Notes: generated by a model not told the origin, from the letters alone. A stretch of DNA of 64,000 nucleotides from Heterodontus francisci (GCF_036365525.1 NC_090399.1:23260529-23324528), one strand, 5' to 3'; positions 20,320 through 32,370 are shown, counted from the stretch's first letter. Numbers and translations are program-made.

Positions 20320-23300
20320 AGAGGTGTGGATGCACAGGGGCAGGGAGAGGGGTGTGGGACATAAAGGGGGCAGAGGGAGGGGTGTGGGACATAAAGTGGG
20401 CAGGGAGAGGGGTGCGGGACATAAAGGGGGCAGGGAGAGGCGTGAGGGACATGCAGGGGGCAGGGAGAGGGGTGTGGGACATGCAGGGGGCAGGGAGAGG
20501 GGGGAGATAACATACAGGGGGCAGGGAGAGGGGTGCGGGACATAAAGGAGGCAGGGAGAGGGGTGTGGGACATAAAGGAGGCAGGGAGAGGGGGGAGATA
20601 ACATACAGGGGGCAGGGAGAGGGGTGCAGGACATAAAGGAGGCAGGGAGAGGGGTGTGGGACATAAAGGAGGCAGGGAGAGGGGTGTGGGACATAAAGGA
20701 GGCAGGGAGAGGGGTGTGGGACATAAAGGAGGCAGGGAGAGGGGTGCGGGACATAAAGGGGGCAGGGAGAGGGGTGAGGGACATGCAGGGGGCAGGGAGA
20801 GGGGTGTGGGACATGCAGGGGGCAGGGAGAGGGGGGAGATAACATACAGGGGGCAGGGAGAGGGGTGCGGGACATAAAGGAGGCAGGGAGAGGGGTGCGG
20901 GACATAAAGGAGGCAGGGAGAGGGGTGTGGGACATAAAGGAGGCAGGGAGAGGGGGGAGATAACATACAGGGGGCAGGGAGAGGGGTGCAGGACATAAAG
21001 GAGGCAGGGAGAGGGGTGTAGGACATAAAGGAGGCAGGGAGAGGTGTGTGGGACATAAAGGAGGCAGGGAGAGGGGGGAGATAACATACAGGGGGCAGGG
21101 AGAGGGGTGCAGGGCATAAAGGAGGCAGGGAGAGGGGTGTGGGACATAAAGGAGGCAGGGAGAGGGGTGTGGGACATAAAGGAGACAGGGAGAGGGGTGT
21201 GGGACATGCAGGGGGCAGAGGGAGGGGTGAGGGACATATAGGGGGCAGGGAGAGGGGTGTGGGACATGCAGGGGGCAGGGAGAGGTGCGGGACATACAGG
21301 GGGCAGGAAGAGGGGTGCAGGACATACAGGGGCAGGGAGAGGGGTGTGGGACATGCGGGGGGCAGAGGGAGGGGTGAGGGACTTGCAGGGGGCAGGGAGA
21401 GGGGTGTAGGACATGCGGGGGGCAGAGGGAGGGGTGAGGGGCATGCAGGGGGCAGGGAGAGGGGTGTGGGACATGCGGGGGCAGAGGGAGGGGTGAGGGA
21501 CATGCAGGGGGCAGGGAGAGGGGTGTAGGACATGCGGGGGGCAGAGGGAGGGGTGAGGGGCATGCAGGGGGCAGGGAGAGGGGTGTGGGACATGCGGGGG
21601 CAGAGGGAGGGGTGAGGGACATGCAGGGGGCAGGGAGAGGGGTATGGGACATGCGGGGGGCAGAGGGAGGGGTGAGGGACATGCAGGGGGCAGGGAGAGG
21701 GGTGCGGGACATTAAGGGGGCAGGGAGAGGGGTGCGGGATATACAGGGAGCAGGGAGAGGGGTGCGGGACATTAAGGGGGCAGGGAGAGGGGTGCGGGAC
21801 GTACAGGGGGCAGGATTGGGGTGCGGGACGTACAGGGAGCAGGGAGAGGGGTGCAGGACGTACAGGGGGCAGGATTGGGGTGCGGGACGTACAGGGACCA
21901 GGATTGGGGTGCGGGACGTACAGGAGGCAGGGAGCGGGGAGCGGGACGTACAGGGGGCAGGAGTGGGGTGTGGGACCTGCGGGGGGCAGGGAGAGGGGTG
22001 TTGAATGTACAGGAGGCAGGGAGAGGGGTGCGGGACATGCAGGGGGCAGGGAGTGCGGTGTGGGATATACAGGGGGCAGGGAGAGGCCTGTGGGACATAG
22101 AGGGTGCAGGGAGAGTGGTGTGGGACGTACAGGGGGCAGGGAGAGGGGTGTTTGATATACAGGGGGCAGGGAGAGTGGTGCAGGACATGCGGGGGGGCAG
22201 GAGTGGGGTCCAGGACGTACAGGGGGCAGGAGTTGTGTGCGGGGCGTACAGGGAGCAGGTAGAGAGATGTGACATATGCAGGGCTAGGGAGTGGGGTGTG
22301 AGATACATATGGGGCAGGGAGAGGGGTCTGGGATGTGCAGGGGGCAGGGAGAGCGGTGTGTGACGTACATGGGGCAGGGGGAGGGGACTGGGACAAACAG
22401 GGTGTAGGGACAGGGGTCTGGGACAAACAGGGTGTAGGGACAGGGGTCTGGGACAAACAGGGTGTAGGGACAGGGGTGCGGGACATACAGGGTGCAGGGA
22501 GGGGGTTGCTGGAGTGACGGGGCAGGGAGAGGGATGTTGAATGTACAGGAGGCAGGGAGAGGGGTGTGAGATATATAGGGGGCAGGGAGGGGGTTGCGGG
22601 AGTGACGGGGCAGGGAGAGGGATGTTGAATGTACAGGAGGCAGGGAGAGGGGTGCGGGACATGCAGGGGGCAGGGAGTGCAGTGCGGGACATGCAGGGGG
22701 CAGGGAGAGGGGTGTGAGATATAGACGGGGCAGGGAGTGGGGTGCGGGACATGCAGGAGGCAGGGAGAGGGGTGCGGGACATGCAAGGGGCAGGGAGAGG
22801 GGTGTGAGATATAGACGGGGCAGGGAGTGGGGTGCGGGACATGCAGGGGGCAGGGAGAGGGGTGCGGGACATGCAGGGGGCAGGGAGAGGGGTGCGGGAC
22901 ATGCAGGGGGCAGGGAGAGGGGAGCGGGACATGCAAGGGGCAGGGAGAGGGGTGTGAGATATAGACGGGGCAGGGAGTGGGGTGCGGGACATGCAGGGGG
23001 CAGGGAGAGGGGTGTGGGACATGCAGGGGGCAGGGAGAGGGGGGAGATAACATACAGGGGGCAGGGAGAGGGGTGCGGGACATAACGGAGGCAGGGAGAG
23101 GGGTGCGGGACATAAAGGAGGCAGGGAGAGGGGTGTGGGACATAAAGGAGGCAGGGAGAGGGGGGAGATAACATACAGGGGGCAGGGAGAAGGGTGCAGG
23201 ACATAAAGGAGGCAGGGAGAGGGGTGTAGGACATAAAGGAGGCAGGGAGAGGTGTGTGGGACATAAAGGAGGCAGGGAGAGGGGGGAGATAACATACAGA

Positions 23301-26300
23301 GGGCAGGGAGAGGGGTGCAGGGCATAAAGGAGGCAGGGAGAGGGGTGTGGGACATAAAGGAGGCAGGGAGAGGGGTGTGGGACATAAAGGAGGCAGGGAG
23401 AGGGGTGTGGGACATAAAGGAGACAGGGAGAGGGGTGTGGGACATGCAGGGGGCAGAGGGAGGGGTGAGGGACATATAGGGGGCAGGGAGAGGGGTGTGG
23501 GACATGCAGGGGCAGACGGAGGGGTGAGGGACATGCAGGGGGCAGAGGGAGGGGTGAGGGACATATAGGGGGCAGGGAGAGGGGTGTGGGACATGCAGGG
23601 GGCAGAGGGAGGGGTGAGGGACATGCAGGGGGCAGGGAGAGGGGTGTGGGACATGCAGGGGGCAGAGGGAGGGGTGAGGGACATATAGGGGGCAGGGAGA
23701 GGGGTGTGGGACATTCAGGGGGCAGAGGGAGGGGTGAGGGACATATAGGGGGCAGGGAGAGGGGTGTGGGACATGCAGGGGGCAGAGGGAGGGGTGAGGG
23801 ACATATCGGGGGCAGGGAGAGGGGTGTGGGACATGCAGGGGGCAGGGAGAGGTGCGGGACATACAGGGGGCAGGAAGAGGGGTGTGGGACATGCGGGGGG
23901 CAGAGGGAGGGGTGAGGGGCATGCAGGGGGCAGGGAGAGGGGTGTGGGACATGCGGGGGCAGAGGGAGGGGTGAGGGACATGCAGGGGGCAGGGAGAGGG
24001 GTGTAGGACATGCGGGGGGCAGAGGGAGGGGTGAGGGGCATGCAGGGGGCAGGGAGAGGGGTGTGGGACATGCGGGGGCAGAGGGAGGGGTGAGGGACAT
24101 GCAGGGGGCAGGGAGAGGGGTATGGGACATGCGGGGGGCAGAGGGAGGGGTGAGGGACATGCAGGGGGCAGGGAGAGGGGTGCGGGACATTAAGGGGGCA
24201 GGGAGAGGGGTGCGGGACGTACAGGGGGCAGGATTGGGGTGCGGGACGTACAGGGGGCAGGATTGGGGTGCGGGACGTACAGGGAGCAGGGAGAGGGGTG
24301 CGGGACATTAAGGGGGCAGGGAGAGGGGTGCGGGACGTACAGGGGGCAGGATTGGGGTGCGGGACGTACAGGGGGCAGGATTGGGGTGCGGGACGTACAG
24401 GGGGCAGGATTGGGGTGCGGGACGTACAGGGGGCAGGATTGGGGTGCGGGACGTACAGGGGGCAGGATTGGGGTGCGGGACGTACAGGGGGCAGGATTGG
24501 GGTGCGGGACGTACAGGGACCAGGATTGGGGTGCGGGACGTACAGGAGGCAGGGAGCGGGGAGCGGGACGTACAGGGGGCAGGAGTGGGGTGTGGGACCT
24601 GCGGGGGGCAGGGAGAGGGGTGTTGAATGTACAGGAGGCAGGGAGAGGGGTGCGGGACATGCAGGGGGCAGGGAGTGCGGTGTGGGCTATACAGGGGGCA
24701 GGGAGAGGCCTGTGGGACATAGAGGGTGCAGGGAGAGTGGTGTGGGACGTACAGGGGGCAGGGAGAGGGGTGTTTGATATACAGGGGGCAGGGAGAGTGG
24801 TGCAGGACATGCGGGGGGGCAGGAGTGGGGTCCAGGACGTACAGGGGGCAGGAGTTGTGTGCGGGGCGTACAGGGAGCAGGTAGAGAGATGTGACATATG
24901 CAGGGCTAGGGAGTGGGGTGTGAGATACATATGGGGCAGGGAGAGGGGTCTGGGATGTGCAGGGGGCAGGGAGAGCGGTGTGTGACGTACATGGGGCAGG
25001 GGGAGGGGACTGGGACAAACAGGGTGTAGGGACAGGGGTCTGGGACAAACAGGGTGTAGGGACAGGGGTCTGGGACAAACAGGGTGTAGGGACAGGGGTG
25101 CGGGACATACAGGGTGCAGGGAGGGGGTTGCTGGAGTGACGGGGCAGGGAGAGGGATGTTGAATGTACAGGAGGCAGGGAGAGGGGTGTGAGATATATAG
25201 GGGGCAGGGAGGGGGTTGCGGGAGTGACGGGGCAGGGAGAGGGATGTTGAATGTACAGGAGGCAGGGAGAGGGGTGCGGGACATGCAGGGGGCAGGGAGT
25301 GCAGTGCGGGACATGCAGGGGGCAGGGAGAGGGGTGTGAGATATAGACGGGGCAGGGAGTGGGGTGCGGGACATGCAGGAGGCAGGGAGAGGGGTGCGGG
25401 ACATGCAAGGGGCAGGGAGAGGGGTGTGAGATATAGACGGGGCAGGGAGTGGGGTGCGGGACATGCAGGGGGCAGGGAGAGGGGTGCGGGACATGCAGGG
25501 GGCAGGGAGAGGGGTGCGGGACATGCAGGGGGCAGGGAGAGGGGAGCGGGACATGCAAGGGGCAGGGAGAGGGGTGTGAGATATAGACGGGGCAGGGAGT
25601 GGGGTGCGGGACATGCAGGGGGCAGGGAGAGGGGTGTGGGACATGCAGGGGGCAGGGAGAGGGGGGAGATAACATACAGGGGGCAGGGAGAGGGGTGCGG
25701 GACATAAAGGAGGCAGGGAGAGGGGTGCGGGACATAAAGGAGGCAGGGAGAGGGGTGTGGGACATAAAGGAGGCAGGGAGAGGGGGGAGATAACATACAG
25801 GGGGCAGGGAGAAGGGTGCAGGACATAAAGGAGGCAGGGAGAGGGGTGTAGGACATAAAGGAGGCAGGGAGAGGTGTGTGGGACATAAAGGAGGCAGGGA
25901 GAGGGGGGAGATAACATACAGAGGGCAGGGAGAGGGGTGCAGGGCATAAAGGAGGCAGGGAGAGGGGTGTGGGACATAAAGGAGGCAGGGAGAGGGGTGT
26001 GGGACATAAAGGAGGCAGGGAGAGGGGTGTGGGACATAAAGGAGGCAGGGAGAGGGGTGCGGGACATGCAAGGGGCAGGGAGAGGGGTGTGAGATATAGA
26101 CGGGGCAGGGAGTGGGGTGCGGGACATGCAGGGGGCAGGGAGAGGGGTGCGGGACATGCAGGGGGCAGGGAGAGGGGAGCGGGACATGCAAGGGGCAGGG
26201 AGAGGGGTGTGAGATATAGACGGGGCAGGGAGTGGGGTGCGGGACATGCAGGGGGCAGGGAGAGGGGTGTGGGACATGCAGGGAGCAGGGAGTGGGGTGT

Positions 26301-26968
26301 GGGACATGCAGGGGGCAGGGAGTGGGGTGCGGGACATGCAAGGGGCAGGGAGAGGGGTGTGAGATATAGACGGGGCAGGGAGTGGGGTGTGAGATATAGA
26401 CGGGGCATGGAGTGGGGTGCGGTACATGCAGGGGGCAGGGAGAGGGGTGTGAGATATACAGGGGGCTGGTAAAGGGGTGTGGGACGTACAGGAGGCAGGG
26501 AGTGGGGTGCGGGATATGCAAGGGGCAGGGAGAGGGGTGTGAGATATACAGGGGGCTGGTAAAGGGGTGTGGGACGTACAGGAGGCAGGGAGTGGGGTGC
26601 GGGATATGCAAGGGGCAGGGAGAGGGGTGTGAGATATACAGGGGGCTGGTAAAGGGGTGTGGGACGTACAGGAGGCAGGGTGTGGGGTGCGGGATATACA
26701 GGGGGCAGGGAGAGGGGTGTGCGATACATAGGGGGCAGGGAGAGGGGTGTTTGATATGCAGGGGGCCGGGAGAGGGGTGTGGGATGTCCAGGGAGCAGGT
26801 GTGGGGTGCGGGACGTCCAGGGAGCAGGTGTGGGGTGCGGGACGTACAGGGGCAGGAGTGGGGTGCGGGACATACAGGGGCAGGAGTGGGATGCGGGACG
26901 TACAGGGGCAGGAGTGGGATGCGGGACGTACAGGGGCAGGAGTTGGATGCGGGACGTATAGGGGGCAG
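20320..26968 (+). repeat. ~30-bp G-rich minisatellite (GGGGGCAGGGAGAGGGGTGTGGGACATGCA), about 220 units
   Basis: Direct tandem repetition starting right after the TRIM-B exon 1 donor. Confidence 0.97.
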
Positions 26969-27233
26969 AACAAGAACCAAGAACAAAGAACAGTACAGCA
27001 CAGGAACAGGCCATTCAGCCCTCCAAGCCTGCGCCGATCTTGATGCCTGCCAAAACTAAAACCTTCTTCACTTCTGGGGCCCATATCCCTCTATTCCCTT
27101 CCTATTCATATATTTGTCAAGATGTCTCTTAAACGTCACTATCGTATCTGCTTCCACCACCTCCCCTGGCAGCAAGTTCCAGGCACTCACCACCCTCTGT
27201 GTAAATAACTTACCTCGCACATCCCCTCTAAAC
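26969..27233 (-). mobile_element. CR1 3' end (partner of 32371-33274)
   Basis: YFTQRVVSAW-like motif and (TTCTTG)n tail abutting the minisatellite. Confidence 0.8.
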
Positions 27234-28446
27234 TTTTGTATTCATACATCCTCTCACGTTGCCTAATTAATTTCTTAAGTTGCCAAATTAAGTAGGTCAA
27301 AAATAACACCATGATACCCAAAACCACTATCAGGACATGGGAGATAATTCTAAACCAGGGGTGTATCTGCACGTCTGATCCCCAGTTCCATAAGTCCTCC
27401 TGTCAGGTAGAATCATTTATCTCGTCAATCTCATCTTGTAGCATCTTCGACTGTTGTTCCAGATTGTAGTACACTACAGCAATGACTTCTCGCTGCTGTC
27501 TCTCTTTACCCAAGCGTGTGGGCAATGGCTGTATAGTGTATTCATATTCCCGGAGGTAATTTATCAAATCCTCCCTAATACTTTCTGTCACAGTTATTGT
27601 TTCTGTCTTTTGTTTATGTATCTCTACCAACTCCATCTTCCCTACTCGGGTTGGTATTAGTGGGTTGAACCAAAATGTACTATTGCTCACCGGACAAGTC
27701 CGTTTATGTCCATACTGGTACTCCTTCGCTGTGGTGGTTAAGCAATATCTCCCTTTTCCCATATAGGCCACTTGGGTTAGCCCTGACACTGCTTTCCTAG
27801 TTTCCATGGTGCAATTTGCAGTGGCATTAAATCCACATTTTGATTCTGCCATTTTATATATGAGGACATATGACCACATGGTTTTCCAGACTACACTCAG
27901 ACAATGTTGTTCCAATTACCTCTTTTCCAATTTCCACAACATTTCCATAACATAGGGTAATATATCATCGTATTTTATGTAATCTTTTCCCCTTATCACC
28001 CCTATATTTTCTACTTCATGTAATTGCATCCCTAACTTATCTCTCAGAATTACAGGTATTCCCAACACTACTCCAATACTCATAGATCCTGTATTTACAC
28101 ATACCTGACCTTTCCATACCTTAAGTTTTCTGATTTGGCACTTGGTAATTTTATCATTCGTGTGACTAGTTAAGTATTCCAACTGGGTGTCATTGATCCA
28201 AACTGGCACCTGTCCTGCATCAATTTGCCTCAAATTTTCCTTTGTTTGTTCTAACATCCACGGACCATGTGTACTACAAACACTTTCATTATTTGAAATG
28301 ATATCATTAATAGTATGAGCATGACCTTCTGGTACTCTCATCAGTCCTGTAATTAGTTCAGTTGCTCTGCATGTAACAAATCACATTTTCTTCCATTCCC
28401 GGTATCTCTTTGCATACCAGGTGGTGTTTATTTTGGAGTCTGTCAT
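27234..28446 (-). pseudogene. Envelope glycoprotein: leader plus C-terminal part (disrupted)
   Basis: ORFs 27916-28341, 27403-27915, 27187-27372; Cys-rich ectodomain with N-glycan sequons, HR2-like LEQQSKMLQDEIDEIN, Trp-rich membrane-proximal region, TM IISHVLIVVLGIMVLFLTYLIW. Confidence 0.75.
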
Positions 28447-28694
28447 TTGCTGTTGACTTTATATACCTTCATTTGGGACCAGTGTTTCCATCGGCCCTTC
28501 CCTTTTACCATTACTTTGTCTCCCACAACAGGCACCTCCGTCTGTTCCTCTTTCATGTTTCTATAGACTCTCCTGCCTCAGCTCATACAGTTGCCTGCAC
28601 AGCTCCTTCACAAATCTTTAACCCTTTCTCTCTTGGGTCCTACTTCCTTACTACCTCCTACTACATACCTTGGCAGTCTCATCACCCTTCCTGT
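28443..28694 (-). pseudogene. Integrase C-terminal fragment
   Basis: TGRVMRLP, PVVGDKVMVK, WKHWSQMK; its stop overlaps the env ATG (ATGA at 28446-28443). Confidence 0.65.
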
Positions 28695-29040
28695 CACCGT
28701 ATTCATCAAATCCTTTCCTACTTTAGCTAAACCACTCTGTCCCTTTTGTTCCTTTTTCAAAATATCCTTTACTAGCTGACTAAGAGTTCTAACCTTCTGG
28801 TCCACATTTTCCAAATCTATAGTATTGACAATTAAGGACTGTGGCTGCGTCATTCACTGAACTATGTTTATGTCTCTTTCCCTTTATTATTCCCTCATCA
28901 CCAAATTCTTGTCTTAGCAGTTGTTACAGTAATACTTTGTACAACTTTCGGGTCTTCTCAGGGCACCAGCCAGGTAGCTGGATATCTGAGATATTCAATA
29001 TTACCGGTACCAACTCGAGCTTTATATTATCATAAACAAT
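28695..29040 (-). pseudogene. Displaced env N-terminal block (pre-cleavage domain, furin-like site, HR1)
   Basis: IVYDNIKLELVPVILNISDIQLPGWCP..., KRHKH (one CpG transition from KRHKR), SSVNDAAT, then heptad repeat VNTIDLENVDQKVRTLSQLVKDIL. Confidence 0.6.
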
Positions 29041-29042
29041 TT

Positions 29043-29099
29043 TAGTGGTATGGACCAGAACCCATTGCTAATGTCCAACACAGTAAACCACTTAGACTG
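29043..29099 (-). pseudogene. Retroviral reverse transcriptase fragment
   Basis: QSKWFTVLDISNGFWSIPL (LDxxxGFWxIP motif). Confidence 0.75.
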
Positions 29100-30841
29100 C
29101 TTTGTTTTTTACTTTCTAAAACTTTGGGATTGTCCTCTTAAATATTAGATAAATTTCCCTTTGAGTGCTTTAAATAACCACTCATATTAATTAAATTGTG
29201 TTTATTGATTCCAATTTCTTATGCCCAGACTTGGTGATATTTTTTGTACGTTAAGGACAGAAGTGCTTACAACTATCTCTCCTTCTCAAGCACTTTGCCT
29301 CATTGATAAAGATGCTGTGACATTTGATGTCTGCAATTCAGTTCTTAAATTCTCAAAGCTGCTGGATCTCTTGTTGTGGCATCAGTTCTCACGTGGCCTT
29401 GGAACCTGCTGTCACCTGCTTATAAAAAAACATGAATCCATTGTGGCTCTGCCCCTGAGCCCAATGGGTTAATTTGTCCACCTATATCTGTCAATTTAGA
29501 AATTTAAAATTTAACAATGTCCAATATGTATAACTTTTACCCTCAGCAATGCAAAAAGCTGCAGCAGGGTTAATTTCTTTGTTTGTCTCCAAGGGGGCGG
29601 AGCAAAACATTCTCAGCTGCGTCACTTTACGTAACCTTTTTTTCTGATCGAAAAAGGACTACTCTCCATTTTAAACTTTTTTCAATCTTTTTGGTATCCT
29701 TAGGTTTGAAAACAACAAAATCATTAGTAACACTATCAACTTCAAAGGAAAGCATCTCCATCAAGAAAGACAGCATTTTAGATTAAAGTCCAATTATTAC
29801 CAAACTTTTAACATCTTTTGTAAGAGGTTCCTAATGCCAGGATTTTTTTATATCAAAGATGATTCCAAATTCCATTTCACTGCAATAAATATTTAAAAAT
29901 CAAAACTGCCAATGTTAAATGAACGATTCTCGTGTCCGGAACTGAAGACTCCTCCAAAACTTGACATAATAAACTTGAAAGTTCATTGTGGCCACAAATG
30001 AAATTTCCAGTTTTTCAACCTACAGGTCAATTAACCATAATAGTATAAACTTAACTCAGACTTATTAACTTGCAATACTTATTAACTACACACAGAACAG
30101 AATAGCACGTGCTTTTTAAAAAAAGATATGTAAATTACGTCATTTTTCTTGTTCTTCAGGCGCCTTTTCAAATGCCTGTAATAAAACTAAAAACTAAAGG
30201 AAAAGTTATTTAACATTCTTAACACAAAAGATTTAACACCAACTCCTTACACAAACTTTAAACAGGATTTCTTTCCCATATCTCCTTTGTTTATCCTTCT
30301 CTCCCTTAAACCAATATCCTATTCCTGACATTTGCTACTTAAACACAGTCAGTAAAACATGTCTTCAAGTTTAGACTGCAAAATAAAGCAATAGCAGAGT
30401 TTCCAATTAAAGCAGTGTTTTAAACTTCAAATTGGATTTTTGCCAGACATCTTCAGACCTTCAAGGCTGAAGCTTATCTCTTAGAAAATTGTTCATTGCC
30501 TTTTCACAGTTGCAAAACCAACTTTTAAAATAAAAATAAAACTTTAACTTAAAATATAATTCAATTTTATATCCCATTACTGGGTGCACAATCTTAAATT
30601 GAAATTAATACACTCAACAATCACTTTTCTCACCCATTCAATTCCAAACAACTTAATGGACCCATGCTTTCAATATTAAAGCCAGACAACAAAGAGTTAA
30701 CAGTCCATTCTACGGAACGCAAGTTGTACAGAACACAAGCTGTACATCCCAGGGACATTCAGTTCATTCGTGGAAGCTTCCAACATTCACACATTCAAAT
30801 CAAAGACGCAGTAACTTGTTTTTACTCTAAAACATAGTCTT

Positions 30842-31138
30842 TTATGTCACTCTGCCATAAACTTTGTCATGGAGCCTTCTGGCCTTTATCGGCCAAGGAC
30901 CATTGGGTCCGTTCTTTATCCTCACCCAAACTCTCTTTATATCTTCCAGGGACCACTGTCCCGTGGAGGCGCCATATTTTTGCCCAATTTCAGTGTACGT
31001 TTTAGCCAGATTAAACTGTTGCTCTACATATTCTTTCAACTGCCGAAGTATTTCATCTTCGGGAATGTCAGGTGGGGCCCGCCCACCTTTGTCAGTAGTT
31101 GGTAACTGTCGGTTGCCTTCGTCTGTCATTTTATCCAT
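30842..31138 (-). pseudogene. Probable gag N-terminal fragment (98 aa)
   Basis: First ATG ORF directly after the ERV leader; position-based, no motif recognised. Confidence 0.45.
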
Positions 31139-31185
31139 TCAGGTAGGAAAGTAGGTCTCGAGGCGTCAGGCTTTTCGCCAAGTAT

Positions 31186-31470
31186 GTATTTCATCAAATA
31201 CCGCCAAGTTAGACGTCAAGAACGGGGGTCTCGAGCCGCACAAGAAAGGGTATTTCCGTCAAATACCGCCAAGTTAGACGTCAAGAACGGGGGTCTCGAG
31301 CCGCACAAGAAAGGGTATTTCCGTCAAATACCGCCAGGTTAGACGTCTAGAACGGGGGTCTCGAGCCGCACAAGAAAGGGTATTTCCGTCAAATACCGCC
31401 AAGTTAGAAATCTAGAACGGGGGTCTCGAGCCGCACAAGAAAGGGTATTTCCGTCAAATACCGCCAAGTT
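31186..31470 (-). repeat. 65-bp tandem repeat (~4.3 copies) in the ERV leader
   Basis: CAAATACCGCC at 31195, 31260, 31325, 31390, 31455. Confidence 0.92.
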
Positions 31471-31589
31471 CGGGATCGCGTGGCAGGGAACCGAAATTTA
31501 GACAACGACCAAGGACTTTTAACATAAAGAGGAGTCCTTACCTCTGGGGCGCCGATATAGGTCCGATGTCTGTGGCTTCGGTCTTAATT

Positions 31590-31607
31590 CTCCAGCGGTC
31601 TACGCCA
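31590..31607 (-). promoter_or_regulatory. Primer-binding site, tRNA-Ser-like
   Basis: TGGCGTAGACCGCTGGAG 3 nt after the LTR end; 14/18 match to the Ser PBS TGGCGTAGTCGGCAGGAT. Confidence 0.7.
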
Positions 31608-31610
31608 AAT

Positions 31611-32370
31611 TGTTGGATCCCATTAGTTGCACAAAGAGAGACGAAGTCCAACTGTAGCTTTAAGAAACTTTATTGCAGTACTTAATTGTTACATCTTCAG
31701 AAAACTTCACAATGAACTGAACTAAAACTAAAAGCAACACATACACTGAACTAACACTGAAACTAATAGCAACACATACACTAAACTAACCCCCGAACTA
31801 ACCCCCCACCCCCCCCCCCCCCCCGAACTAACTATTCGCGCCAAATCAATCCTTATTATAGTTATTCATACAAATCAGTAACACCTACTCTTTGTTCCCA
31901 ATTGGTCTACAAACTTCTGCAGTTTCTTGGTGTCGGGGCCTGGTTGGGGTACTGCCTTGTCACCTTCTCCTCAAACAGTTTCTCATTCCCCTATCTCTTC
32001 GGACCGTTAGGCTGAGCCACCCTTGGACAAGGGGCGTGGGTTTGCCTGGTCAGTATGTTTCTCACACTAACTGTTCCTTAGGAATGTGTCATGTCTGGGT
32101 GATGAGATAAGAAGAGTGTTGTTGAAGCATAAAGTCTCTTTCTGCTATTGCGCTGTACCAGCTGCAAGGCCAATGGTGAGATTCCTGTTAGTTTCTGCTT
32201 GTTAGTCTGTTTCTGCTGATAAGTTGCCTCTGCAGCCCTGAAGTTATGAAGTCATTTCTGATATGCTGTCTCTGCAACTCTGAGATTATTTTGTTAGTAG
32301 GCTATACTTAATTGATTAGCTCACTTTAAATGTCCCCAATAGTTCTGTTCTTGAAAATTCTGTTCCCATA
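31611..32370 (-). mobile_element. ERV 5' LTR (~760 bp)
   Basis: CCAAT ~31900, TATAATAA 31860-31853, AATAAA 31674-31669, ends CCAACA before the PBS. Confidence 0.8.

Larger units (their letters stand above)
27234..32370 (-). mobile_element. Defective endogenous retrovirus, lokiretrovirus-like (5' LTR, PBS, leader, gag/RT/IN/env fragments; 3' LTR lost)
   Basis: LTR ending CCAACA, PBS, RT motif, IN tail and envelope ORFs with a TM helix, all on the - strand. Confidence 0.8.

Noticed and set aside
19810-27084. Very long Pro/Cys/His-rich ORFs (up to 1302 aa) on the - strand and Gly/Arg-rich ORFs on the + strand
   Set aside because: Open in several frames because the C-rich 30-bp minisatellite lacks stop codons; intronic, no domain content
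27234-28446. Domesticated (syncytin-like) env gene
   Set aside because: In-frame stops, deletions, displaced N-terminal block and mutated furin site indicate decay
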